Source: Octopus sinensis
Taxonomy: Eukaryota
Direction of reading: 5' to 3'
Length of the DNA stretch: 64,000 bases
Assembly (NCBI RefSeq): GCF_006345805.1
Contig: NC_043005.1
Location: 12,834,001 to 12,898,000, forward strand
Both the position numbers and the translations under genes were made by a program. Shown here one piece after another: positions 13,340 to 25,081 of the stretch (positions are counted from its first letter, which is position 1; each line of letters starts with the position of its first letter). The notes under the pieces are model-generated. The model did no database searches and was not told the origin of the DNA. It worked only from the letters and a program-made list of their open reading frames with translations.

Positions 13340-13973
13340 CATAGGTGGTTGCTATAGCTCGTTGGATCTCCTGGCTTAGGTCGGCCTTCATATTTTCTAG
13401 GTAAGTCAGTAAAAAAGAGTTACCTCTTTGTTTGCCACTTGGTCAGAGGATACATATTTCATGCTGGTGTTATTTGGTGTTATGTTTTTTCATGGTCTGT
13501 CTACGTTGTTTGATGTAGGAGGGAAACGTGGTTGTATTTTGTTCTTGTTGTTGTCGTAGAATTCCTCTGTTGTGGTTTATATTTATTTTGCGATCGTTTT
13601 TGTGCCCTTCAGATGTGGTGGTTGCATTCTGGGTTTCAGGCACATCCTTAGTGACACAGAAGTTTGGCACAGTTAGGATGAAAGAAGGTCATCCATTGCC
13701 TTTTGTACATCCATATTTGGATCAGGACCATGGACTCTGTATTTAGGACGTATTTGGGGTGGAGGTGAGGGCAGTTTTTTCCCGTTATACCATATGGACA
13801 GGTGCCCTTAACAAGTCTACGACATAGGGTAGGATGGAAAAAAGCACAGCGTCCATTGTTGTTGGTGCTGCTGGGGCCAAATCTACAGTTGCCTTGAGAA
13901 TAGTAACGGCAGGGTGTTTTATGTGGGTGTAGTAGTGGTTTTTTCTATTCTGGCTGTAGTAGCAGTAGCAGAG

Positions 13974-14018
<45 letters not shown>

Positions 14019-14472
14019 GTTGTTGTTGTGCTGCTGCTGCTGCTGCTGCTGCTGCTGTAGCAGGTATTGGTTCCAATGTAGTAGCAGAAGCAGGCTGTTG
14101 TTGTTTTTGTGATAGTGAGTTCTGGCTTGCCAGAATGGGTGGAATGGGCGGAATTAGGTCAGATGTTTGTTGCTGGCTATCGGGTCGTTGAAGTGACCTC
14201 TGACCTGTTGGAGTTGGGTCATTTGGTGCACTACATTCATTGACAAGGATGGCTTCTGATGTTGCCATGTGCGTGTGGAAAATAGGAAATATTCTTATAA
14301 TCTCTTTTATTTTATTTTCGATCTGTTTTACAGATCTGTGAAAGGATTGTTTTGCTAATTTTTCAGCTATTTTACTGTAAACATTAGCTTCGTTGTGATG
14401 GGAGTACCAAGCGTTTATCAGTGTAGTAATTTCATTTTCAACCCAGTGGCGCTTTTGAATATTATTGGCCAT
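13340..14472 (-). pseudogene. Putative LINE ORF1: Myb/SANT-like (trihelix) N-terminus, low-complexity linker, 3 CCCH-type zinc fingers
   Basis: HWVENEITTLINAWY..VYSKIAEKLAKQSFHRSVKQIENKIKEI; after a single TAG at 13945-13947 the same frame reads CRYYSQGNCRFGPSSTNNNGRCAFFHPTLCRRLVKGTCPYGITGKNCPHLHP, and a third degenerate finger (KYGCTKGNG*) follows after a frameshift. Confidence 0.7.
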
Positions 14473-15359
14473 ATTCGTGGGACAGTATTATACACTGTAC
14501 GTCAGTTATTGATGACTTGATGTATAATAGTGAATACACCGTTGAAAATTTGTGTCGATATATTCGGAAATGCGTGGCTATATCTGGGTGTGTGCGGAGA
14601 GTTCAGTGTATTTAGTACAAATCAGATGAGCGGTTGTTTAATACAGATCAAGAAAAAAGAATTGTACTCACGGGACTAGTTTTAGAATAGTCTTGGGTTT
14701 AGTTTTGGTTTATATTTCCTTCTCCAGTTATATTAGATTTGTATAGATTTATCCTCCGATGGTAGTAAAAGAGTAGAATAGTAGAATTGTAGAATTCAAA
14801 AGTTCTGGGACTAAAAACAAAGAGAGTTTCTGCTGGCTTGAGTTGAAATATGCTTCTTTGGCTACTGACCGGAGCTATGAAAAGTACGTCTTGTCACGAC
14901 GAATGCCTGATATATATATATATAGTTAGAAGCTAAGATAATTCAAACTAAGGTGTTAATGCATAACATACATTGGTTTACAATGTTATAAGGAAAATGG
15001 AATAAATATCTTTATTTATTCCATAATCTTATATGCAATCTTATATACAATTTGAAAGAATATATGTACATATATATATATATATATATATCTATATATA
15101 TATAATATATATACATTAAAAGGCTTCCATTATTTGCTAAGAAAGAAGAAGAAACTGCAGTACAGGATTAGCTGAGATGGTAAACGTTTTTGATTTTCAT
15201 TCCATATCATGAATTTATCCCTTTTTAGTGTATCTAGCACTCGCTTCTTTATTTGGAAGCCTTTTAATGTATTTATATATGAATAACGTACAGTCTAAAC
15301 TAATTCGTCTTTTGTGCTGGTCACTGGTAATAATAATTTATTTTTATTACCCTATTTAC

Positions 15360-15400
<41 letters not shown>

Positions 15401-15975
15401 TAAAAAAGGGTACAAAATAATACCAGCATTGCTAGAAATAAGAGTCAAAAAACGACTCAAAGTATGCCAATCCTTTATACTGACAGGCAGTTTCGGCAAT
15501 TTCTGTTGCCCCATCAGTAACGAATGGCTCCACTTCGGCAGTTTTCGAACTTAATTCTTCGTTACTATATATGTCTTCATCAAAGAAATCTATGGATGAT
15601 TTCGCGAATCGCTAATGTGTATACAGAAAATGAATGTAGACAGGAGTTTGCAGTGTTTTACCAAAAGGAAATCTATGGTCGTTCTTTTTACAATCCCCGG
15701 TAGTATATATAGATACAATTATGCGCTTTGACTCTCGCATTAGAGCATTTTAGCTCTTATTTCTAGCAATGTAGTTCTTTCTAACACCCTAGTCACATTT
15801 AATGACGATTATAGTTTTCCTTTTTGGTGAAACATTACAAACTGCTGTCTACATTAATTATATATATTTTTTCAATAATAATACAAGGGTAAAATTAATT
15901 AATTAATAATTAATTGTTTTACCAGGTAGTCAGTAAGTTAAAATAACCATTTTAAGTAAAATTATACAAATATTC

Positions 15976-16320
15976 TATAATTATATACATAATTATAATC
16001 AAAGGATCAGCTAATTGCTTCGCCACGCACTGATTTAGAAATAGGAGCTAAATGCCTTTTGTACTGCCATAAAGATCTACCAGGCAGTAACACACTTCTT
16101 TACGTCGGCAAAAAGTAAAAATATACTTTACTTTAATCTCGAAACGCGTATGTAGCTAATCTGAGGATTCATTATTTTTTATTTTTGCCGACGTAAAAAA
16201 GTGTGTTACTGTCTGGGAGATCTTTATGGTTGTAGAAAAGGCATTTAGTTCCTATTTCTTAATCAGTGCGTGGCGAAGCAATTAGCTGACCCGTTGACTA
16301 TAATTATGTATATAATTATA
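15976..16320. repeat. Foldback inverted repeat (arms about 145 bp, roughly 90% identical)
   Basis: 15976-16120 is the reverse complement of 16174-16320; spacer contains CGAAACGCGTA (3' half of a minimal hammerhead motif). Confidence 0.85.
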
Positions 16321-16321
16321 A

Positions 16322-16630
16322 GTGGAGGCGCAATGGCCCAGTGGTTAGGGCAGCGGACTCGCGGTCGTAGGATCGCGGTTTCGATTCCTAGACCGGGCGT
16401 TGTGAGTGTTTATTGAGCGAAAACACCTAAAAAAAAGCTCCACGAGGCTCCGGCAGGGGGTGGTGATCCCTGCTGTACTCTTTCACCACACTTTCTCCCA
16501 CTCTTTCTTCTGTTGGCCTGCTCGCTTAGCCAGCGGGGTGGCGTCATTCGAAGGCTAAAACAATGCGAACGCATTGTGACCAGCGATGTGTAACAACATC
16601 TGATGGTCTGGTCGGTCACGTGATCACGTG
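16322..16630 (+). mobile_element. Chimeric SINE: C-type head with F-type tail
   Basis: 16322-16510 matches the C head; 16515-16630 (GGCCTGCTCGC..ACATCTGATGGTC..GGTCACGTG) matches the tail of 30711-30966. Confidence 0.8.
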
Positions 16631-16675
16631 TGATAATTATAAAATATATATACATATATAGAGAGACAGACAAAG

Positions 16676-16709
<34 letters not shown>

Positions 16710-17993
16710 GCGGACGGACGAACAGACAGACGGATGTGAAACGAACCAGTGTTAGTATTTTAGATAAAGTTAATATGCAAATGATTTTGTGAAAGAAGAG
16801 AGAAAAGAAATGAATGAGAGAAGAGAGTTATCCACTGTCCAAACCGAAGTTATTGTGTGGAGTTGCTTTATAAAAGAATTTATCTCTAGCGACATAAATA
16901 TACGAATTATAGGTTCTAACTTATGTGTGTGCGTACGCACGTGTGTGTGCGTGCATGCGTGTGTGCGTGTGTGTGTGTGTGCCATGTAGCTAGCTATATA
17001 GATACTAGAATGTATAGAAAGGTTTGGCAAGCATGGGTGTATTAAGGAGGTAATTTTTATAGAAAGAAAAAAATTAGCTGCAAAAACAGAAAATTAATGG
17101 TAAGGAAAATGTCAATATGTCGTGTTGGAATAGATTACATAACAATAACACAAGATGTTTTTGGAATGTTTATGAATAAAATTAAAATCTATGTGGATAT
17201 GTTTTTCGTATTTAATTAATTTTAGGTACGTAAGTTTTAATTTTTCTTTTATCAGATTAAATTTATTTCGAACACAATGAAAGTCTCGTGGAGATGGCGT
17301 TATCTATTGTTGAAATCGTAAAAATTTAGTTTAGTGTCTAAGGACTGCGGGTGGAAGTTGTAGCGAATGCTAACTTCAATAGAAAATTTTGATTTTTGAT
17401 TTTTTCACATAGTTGGTGCTTTAAAATGGGCTGGCTGTGCGAGTTTGTGTATTGATAATCGAAAGAATGAAATTATAAAATTAAACGGGAGCTCGATGGA
17501 AGCTAGACACAGCATTATATTTTGATTCTATAATAGAATAGAAATAAAACATCTGGAATAAAACAAATAATAATACAGACTATGAATAATATAAGTTTGT
17601 ATAGAAGTTTATAAGAAAAGTACAGTCTAATCCTTATATGAGAAAAGGAAAATAGATTGAAGTAAAGTATGGAGAGAAACTGAAAACAAACATGAAATAT
17701 TAGTTTAAGCTGATATGGGATTTATGAGCAGTTATGGAAACTAACAAACGAAATGAACCCACCTACTCTTGTTAAAGGTCACTAATAAGAATTTTTTGAA
17801 ATAGCATTAGACATAAATTGTAAGATACGAGACATGTATAGAAGGTTAGAGGTTCTGCTCGCAGAACAGGCCAGGTTAAAGAATGCATATCTGTTAGTAT
17901 GTAGGTGTATATACTAAACAGACAAAAGTCAAGCGACCATTAAGAAGTAGTTAAAACGATTGCATTAATAGGATTAATAGATAATATAATAAA

Positions 17994-18392
17994 TCTATAT
18001 CTATATATATATAAAGCTGAAGTTGTCTGTGTATGGCAGGTTTGGTAGCCTTCAACTAACACTATCTCCTCTGAGACCCTGCAGCGCAAGTTGACCAAAA
18101 TTGAGAGTATGATAGAAGAAGGCTTGCTCTTCCTTCCAGAGAAGAAAAAAATTAAAATCGGACCATGTTAACACCAAAAATTATTTACATCAAAAAGATG
18201 CTTTTTTTCTACGAAAATCCCTATTTTTTACGATTTTTTTACTGTTGTGTCGCAATTTTTCGGTGTATTTCAACCAGAAAAATGTTGACTTAAAGAGAAT
18301 AACAAGCTACATAATGCAAAAAAGTTACTTTTCAAAAATTCCAATTCTAAAGGGTCAAAACAAACCCGAGAAACGCCGGGCGATACTGCTAG
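17994..18392 (+). mobile_element. Non-autonomous Helitron-type element
   Basis: 5' A|TC start, subterminal hairpin CCCGAGAAACGCCGGG, 3' CTAG|T end; same 3' end as 27684-28072. Confidence 0.75.
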
Positions 18393-18826
18393 TATTTTGA
18401 TAAAGATATATATAAGTGTATAAATTGAAATGACTAAGCTTAGGTAATAAACCAACGTATAGTTAAAATAATTAGAGGTTGTGGAACAGACACCATGAAA
18501 AAAATAACTCATTGCAAGGAAATTGATATGATTAATACTAGTGTAATAAGTTGTGGGTTAAATAATATTTAATCTGAAGGATAGGTATGAATAATTGATT
18601 GTATTCTCATAATTAAGAACTATTTGTGAAAGTTACAATTTGAATAAATTAACTTGAATGAATAAAAAGTGCAACAAAGTAAACAAATAAAATATTAAAC
18701 TATTTACATATACGGCTAAGGAACATTTTGACAATTTAGTCAAAAATCTTTCCTGCTAGATTATCCACCCTTTCTGCTAATATACAAATCTATACGGAGC
18801 CATGTTTTTTTTTTATATATATTCTT

Positions 18827-19024
18827 TTATTTGTTTAAGTCATTTGACTGCGGCCATGCTGGAGCACCGCATTTAGTCGGGCAAATCGAACTCAGCACTT
18901 ATTCTTTGTAAGCCTAGTACTTATTCTATCGGTCTCTCAGCCGAACCGCTAAGTTACGGACACGTGAACACACCAGCATCGGTTGTCAAGCGATATTGAA
19001 GAGACAACACAGACACACAAACAT

Positions 19025-19060
<36 letters not shown>

Positions 19061-19138
19061 CCTGCTTCCATTTCTGAGCGCCTATTAATAATAATACTGT
19101 AATTGTTCCATTGTTGTTTTTTGTTTCCCGTTTGGATT

Positions 19139-19185
<47 letters not shown>

Positions 19186-19605
19186 CATTGTGACCTCGTG
19201 TGTACCGTTGGCGATTTTTTCCCTCTGTCTTCCCTTCTCTGGATCTTTCCTTCTCCTATGTTTCCGACGAAGAGCTCCGCTCGAAACGTTATACCTCCCT
19301 GCTTCCATTTCCTGAGCGCCTATAATAATAATACTGTAATTGTTCCATTGTGTTGTTTTTTTTGTTTCCCGTTTGGATTAAAATTATATATATATATATA
19401 TGGGTGTGTGTGTATATATATATATATGTATATGTGTGTGTGTGTGTGTGTGTATACGACGGGCTTCTTTCAGTTTCCGTCGACCAAATCCACTTACTCC
19501 ACTTACAAGACATTGGTCGGCCCGAGGCTATAGTAGAGGACACTTTCCCACAGTGCCACGCAGTGGGACTGAACCCGTAACTATGTGGTTGGTAAACAAG
19601 TAAAA
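18827..19605 (-). mobile_element. SINE family A interrupted in its internal microsatellite by a hammerhead-bearing insert
   Basis: Tail part 18827-19040 and head part 19432-19605 flank unrelated sequence 19061-19390. Confidence 0.8.
19061..19390 (+). mobile_element. Short Penelope-LTR/retrozyme-like element with partial direct repeat and hammerhead-like motif
   Basis: About 85-bp direct repeat CCTGCTTCCATTT..GGATTAAAATT at 19061 and 19298; motif TTTCCGACGAAGAGCTCCGCTCGAAACGTTATAC at 19261-19294. Confidence 0.6.
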
Positions 19606-19819
19606 TCCACCACATCTCCGTTTTATTTAGCGGCTTCCAATTTACTGACTCCCTTTTATAATTTCTTAAAAATCATGCCCATCTCCAATATAGGTATAAT
19701 GAACTTTTTTTTTAATAAGAATATTCTGAATCTTCTTTGCTGCTACACCTCAATTCGCAGGAAGTTTAGTTTTTTTCTAACCTGTATAAACCAAATTTAC
19801 ATAACAGCCTTCCTCCAGC

Positions 19820-20172
19820 CAATTGCGACTTTAAGAACCTGAATCTAATTTCAACCGATATTTCTACTGTCACCTGATGTATATGGAAAAAGATGGAAGG
19901 CTATGGCGAGTTTGTTGCGAATGAATGAACACATATAGTGTATCCATAAGGTTATACTAAAGGTTACAGGGCACGGGGCTTGCGGGGTCGAGGCAAATTC
20001 CATCCACCACTTCATTGTATGTGTATTTGTTTTGTTTATCATTTGTCTATCATTCGCTCTATCTAAATGTTTAACCTTTTATCTCTGTGTAAAAACCATG
20101 CGTACTATCGATCCCTCCTTCGTTTGTATCGTCACCTCTCTGTTTGACCCCCCGCTGTGGACAATAAAGAAA
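19820..20172 (+). mobile_element. Tx1/L1-like LINE 3' fragment
   Basis: GKRWKAMASLLRMNEH resembles KKRWVNVARMARMNDE at 61480; ends CTGTGGACAATAAAGAAAT like 61925-61975. Confidence 0.55.
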
Positions 20173-20278
20173 TTGATATAGTTTTCTTCTATAATATGCA
20201 AGCCAATTATTCTTCTCGATGTGACATCAGAGTGACCTCTATTTCATTTAAATTGTGCCTTAATAATCGTACCGTTTA

Positions 20279-20500
20279 AGGCAGCGAGCTGGCAGACACG
20301 TTACCGCGCCAAGCAAAATGCTTAGCAGCCTTTCGCCTGTCTTTACGTTCTGGGTTCAAATTCCGTTGAGTTCAACTTTTCCTTTCATCCTTTAGGAGTC
20401 AATAAAATAAGAAGCAGTTGAGAACTCGGGTCGATGGAATCGATTTACCCCTCCCCCAATCTTGCAGGCCTTGTGCCAAAGTTTCAAGCCAATAATCATA
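20279..20500 (+). mobile_element. SINE family B, diverged
   Basis: GGCAGCGAGCTGGCAGA head, TTCAAATTCC B-box-like, CCTTTCATCCTTT..GTCAATAAAATAAG core. Confidence 0.75.
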
Positions 20501-20710
20501 CCGAATGTCATAAAACACTTTGAGAAGTAATAACACGTTGTTGTCACTTTTTATGTGGGAATTGAAAAACAATAATTCACCATACAGCAAGGCCATATAA
20601 CAGAATGAAAGATATTGACATTTTCTTTTTGTCTGAGGACTTACTTGCCATAATATCTGAAATCATCTGTAATTGACAAAATGAATAAAATACGATGCGA
20701 AAAAAATTAA

Positions 20711-20819
20711 GGCGTGGCTGTGTGGCATGAAGCTTGCTTCCAAACCACATGGTTCTGCGTTCAGTCTCACTGAAGTCTTGTCAATGGATTTGGTGGACGG
20801 AAACTGGAAGAAGCCCGTC

Positions 20820-20881
<62 letters not shown>

Positions 20882-21120
20882 ATATTATATATATATATAT
20901 ATTTGGGTGGGTCTTTGTGCTCGTACCCCACCACTGCTTGACAGCAGATATTGGAGTGTTTACGTCCCCGTAACTTAAGTGTTCGGAAAATTGGACCAAC
21001 AGAATAAGTACCAGGCTTAGCAAAACGATTAAGTATTGGCGTCGATTCATTCGACTAAAAACAATTTAAAGCGATGCCCCAGCATGGTCGCAGTCTAATG
21101 ACTGAAACTAGCGAAAAATA
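20711..21120 (+). mobile_element. SINE family A
   Basis: Head, AAGCCCGTC-(TA)n and tail CCAGCATGGTCGCAGTCTAATGACTGAAAC. Confidence 0.8.
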
Positions 21121-21373
21121 AACGATTAAAAAAAACAATGAAAGAAGCTACACGTTACGTCCATAACTTGAACCAACCAATGCAATCAGGTGACGTAAGA
21201 CAAGGACGCGCTTATATCGATGAAATATAAATGAGCAGATTGAAGGGGGGGGGTGAATCTCGAATCTCGACCCAGGAAACAGGTGTAAAGAAACTACTTG
21301 CGCAACATCTATTGAGTTCTCTCGACTTTATTCTGTAGACAAATATCTATATTTGAATACCTTCTTTCTTTTT

Positions 21374-21763
21374 TGGAAACACTCCGTCGGTTACGACGAT
21401 GAGGGTTCCGGTTGATCCGAATCAACGGAACAGCCTGCTCGTGAAATCAACGTGTAATTGGCTGAGCACTCCACAGACACGTGCACCTTAACGTAGTTCT
21501 CAGGGATATTCAGCGTGACACAGAGAGTGACAAGGCCGGCCCCTTGAAAATACAGGTACAACAGAAACAGGAAGTAAGAGTGGAGTGAGAGAAAGTTGAG
21601 GCGAAAGAGTACAACAGGGGTCGCCACCACCCCCTGCCGGAGCCTCGTGGAGCTTTAGGTGTTTTCGCTCAATAAACACTCACAATGCCCGGTCTGGGAA
21701 TCTAAACCGCGATCCTATGACCGCGAGTCCGCTGCCCTAACCACTGGGCCATTGCGCCTCCAC
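21374..21763 (-). mobile_element. SINE family C, full length
   Basis: Reverse complement of 1941-2336. Confidence 0.85.
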
Positions 21764-22019
21764 ATTTGAATACAGCGTATGTATGTATATGTGTGCTAAT
21801 GATAAGAGACGGACGAAAAGTACTCAATACTGGCGGAAGTGAAAATGTTACGTTACAAACACAGACACACATTCAAAGCAACATACACATTTATATGTAT
21901 CTATGTATTTATGAATGCGTGTGTGTGTATGTGTGTGTGCGTGTGTGTGTGTGTGTAAGCAAGCCTCTTTGTGTTTTTACATATATATGTACATGTACGA
22001 GTATAAATATTTATTTTTT

Positions 22020-22231
22020 TATTGCCCACAGGGGGCTAAACATAGAGGAGACAAACAAGGACTGACAAAGGGTTTAAGTCCATTACGCCGACTCCAGTGC
22101 GTAACTAGTACTTATTTAATCAACCGCGAAAGGATGAAAGATGAAGTCGACCTCGGCAGAATTTGAACTCAGAACGTAACGGGAGACGAAATACCGCCCG
22201 GCGTGCTAACGATTCTGCCAGCTCACCGCCT
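22020..22231 (-). mobile_element. SINE family B
   Basis: Reverse complement of the family at 63671-63901. Confidence 0.85.
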
Positions 22232-23609
22232 TATGTACGAGTATAGATAGATAGAGAGGGGGAGGGGGATACCAGAATATCCACTAAGTGAAGTTGAATA
22301 CGTCTCTTCGTAACTATATAGCTGTATCTGGGACGACTGTCGTCTGCCACAGTCTCAATTTACATATAAGTGTGTGTATGCATGTGTGTTTGTATATTGT
22401 ACGTGTATGTGTGTGTGTGTGTGTGTGGTGTGTGTGTGTGTGTATGTGAAATATTCAATATATGTAAACGGGTATATGTATTTTATTTGCAACTGGAGCC
22501 TCTTGAATCTTTCCGTCGGGTAACACCAAGCATTTATTCAAATGATTATTGAATGGAAGCAGTGCGTGACAATATACAAGCAAAAATGTACGTAAATGCA
22601 TTGAAATAGGTTTAGTTATCGAGATTTGATGAGCTGACAAAAATGTTAGCAAATGGACACATTCATCTATCCAATTACCTATATTAGAACTCATGATATA
22701 TTCATCAAAATATCACATCAAAATCGTGATATTTTCATGTCTTAAGCAAGATAATTTTAAAGCATACAAAAGCAAGAATTGTTAAGTTTTTGTGCTCAGA
22801 AATGTTATTTATTTTAATTTTTTTTTTGTTTATTTATTCTTTTTTCAATATTTGACCAGCATTCGCCTCATAATTAATATCTCATTTGGGAAATAAAATA
22901 TTTCTACTAGTCTCTTTACTCTTTTAACAGTTTCAATTTTTTCCTTAATTATAGATGGAAAATTTTTATTTTGCACACAACTGAGACATTCTGTAATAAG
23001 ATGTTAAACTTCTCCAACAGACAGAGCTCAAAGCTTCTAGGCCTGTTAAACTACTTAAGTCCGTGCTCTGTAATAGAACAGTCAATTATATATTTGTTAA
23101 TATAATCACCATTTAATTTCCATGCATGTTTTGGGTTGTTTCTGAATGTTTATGTATGTCGTGTGAATCTTTTTCATGGGGATTTTCAGTAAGCCTTATA
23201 TATACTTCTATTTCATTGGGTTTTATAAGAGATACCGTAGTTCGATAGAATAGCATTAAACCGGCTATTGCAACTGCAACGTGGAACATAGTTTTGTGTG
23301 TCTGTATTGAAATAAGTTCACTTATTTACACTGGCTTTCGAAACAGTGACGGTTTCTTTTTCTTTTCCTTTTTTTTTTTGTGTGCAACTCTATCACTCCT
23401 TTTCTGTGTTTCTATTAAAGAGATTCTGATATTTTAATCAACGGGGAAAACTTATTTATAAGTTTAGGAAAATCGTGACAGAAAATGGAACAAATTATTA
23501 AACTAATATTCATATTTTTGCATTCTTTAGTATTAGTGCTTCTGTGTATCTGACGCTACGATCTCTTAGTACATTATTACAATAATGAACATCATGTTGC
23601 GTTAGGAGG

Positions 23610-24178
23610 GAAGGACGAGTGAGAAGAGTGAACGATCGTGACTCCGGTTGCTCGCTTTTCGTATGCCATCTTTCGCACCAGACACCCACCTTGCCGCTTC
23701 GAAGGGGCGGATCGTGCTGTTTGGATGAGGAGACTCAATAGATCGCAGTGTGGTAGCTGCACTACTAAGCACGTCACTCCGAAGAGGGCACGGGGTCCTT
23801 TTCGTCTCGATCTCTTCGAGCAAGTCGGGGTGGCGATGGGACACGTAGTCGGCCACGCGGACGCCGCCCGGGGCGCGTCCAGTCGTTCTCTTCACTCGGC
23901 TGTGGTAGTAGATAGGTAGGGACAGTGGGAATTCCGTTGATCCAGGGGCCTAGCGCGAGGTAAGAAGGACGAGTGAGAATAGTGAACGATCGTGCCGCGG
24001 CCGCCGCCTCCGTTTGCTCGCTTTTCGTATGCCACCCTTCGCACCAGTCACCCACCTTTCCGCCTCAAAGCGTCGGATCGTGCCGTTGCACTCCTAATCA
24101 CGTCACTCCGAAGCGGCACGGGGTCCTTTTCGACTCGATCTCTTCGGGCAATTCGGGGCGGCGGCGGGACACGTAGTC
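23610..24178. repeat. GC-rich imperfect direct repeat (23610-23850 and 23964-24178) of unknown origin
   Basis: Both copies run GAAGGACGAGTGAGAA..GCTCGCTTTTCGTATGCCA..GCACGGGGTCCTTTTCG..GGGACACGTAGTC. Confidence 0.85.
23898..23944 (-). pseudogene. 28S rRNA-like fragment (not an rRNA gene)
   Basis: Minus strand TGGATCAACGGAATTCCCACTGTCCCTACCTATCTACTACCACAGCC resembles conserved 28S TGGATGAACGAGATTCCCACTGTCCCTA(C/T)CTACTATCTAGCGAAACCACAGCC (recalled consensus). Confidence 0.7.
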
Positions 24179-24372
24179 AATTTTGGAAGAGGGGTCATGT
24201 AAATCTAGCAGATAGATAGAAGAGCATTGTAGAAAATGAAGAAGAGTATATTTTAGATTAGAAAAGAAGTTTGTTTATCTTAATTTTGAAAAATAATAGA
24301 CGTATAAAAAAACGCATTTTTTATGGGTTGATCCTTATATATATATATATATTATATATATATAATATATAT

Positions 24373-24597
24373 ACTCCTTTACTCTTTTACTTGTTTCAGT
24401 CATTTGACTGCGGCCATGCTAGAGCACCACCTTTAGTCGAGCTAATTGAACACCGGGACTTATTCTTTGGAAGCCCAGTACTTATTCTATCGGTATCTTT
24501 TTTGCCGAACCGCTAAGTGACCGGGACGTAAACACACCAGCATCGGTTGTCAAGCAATGCTAGGGGGACAAACACAGACACACAAACACACACACAC

Positions 24598-24635
<38 letters not shown>

Positions 24636-24771
24636 CTATATAATATATACGACAGGCTTCTTTCAGTTTCCGTCTACCAAATCCACTCACAAGGCATTGT
24701 CGGTCCGAGGCTATAGCAGAAGACACTTGCCCAAGATGCCACGCAGTGGGACTGAACCCGGAACCATGTGG
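24373..24771 (-). mobile_element. SINE family A
   Basis: Reverse-strand tail, microsatellite and 5'-clipped head. Confidence 0.85.
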
Positions 24772-24791
24772 TGATTATATATATATATATA

Positions 24792-24828
<37 letters not shown>

Positions 24829-25026
24829 TATAATCTTCGGTATTTTACAACGAGCATTTTGAAGTTAACGTAATGATCAGAAATTACAATGGGATCGTAC
24901 GATGGAGCTGACGTCTGTGAATTGAAAGGATCGTAGATTTCGAGCCTACGCTCTTCTACAGAAATGGACACAGAAAAACAAGGAGAGAACAAGGAGAGAG
25001 AAAAATGTGTTAGTTGTTAACGATCT

Positions 25027-25081
<55 letters not shown>

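Larger units (their letters stand above)
10229..14910 (-). mobile_element. Near full-length CR1/L2-group (Jockey superclade) LINE, decayed, inserted in (TA)n
   Basis: Minus-strand order: putative 5'UTR, ORF1-like region, APE endonuclease, RT, 3'UTR hairpin, (TATCTAAGTT)2 terminal repeat; (TA)n on both sides. The 5' boundary is inferred from the flanking TA tract. Confidence 0.85.

Noticed and set aside
23898-23944. Functional rRNA gene
   Set aside because: Only about 47 nt resemble 28S, with substitutions and a deletion, and the flanks are not recognisable rRNA.
23592-24219. GC-rich ORFs of 60-97 aa on both strands
   Set aside because: No recognisable domain; open frames are expected from high GC, and the two repeat copies do not keep a common frame.
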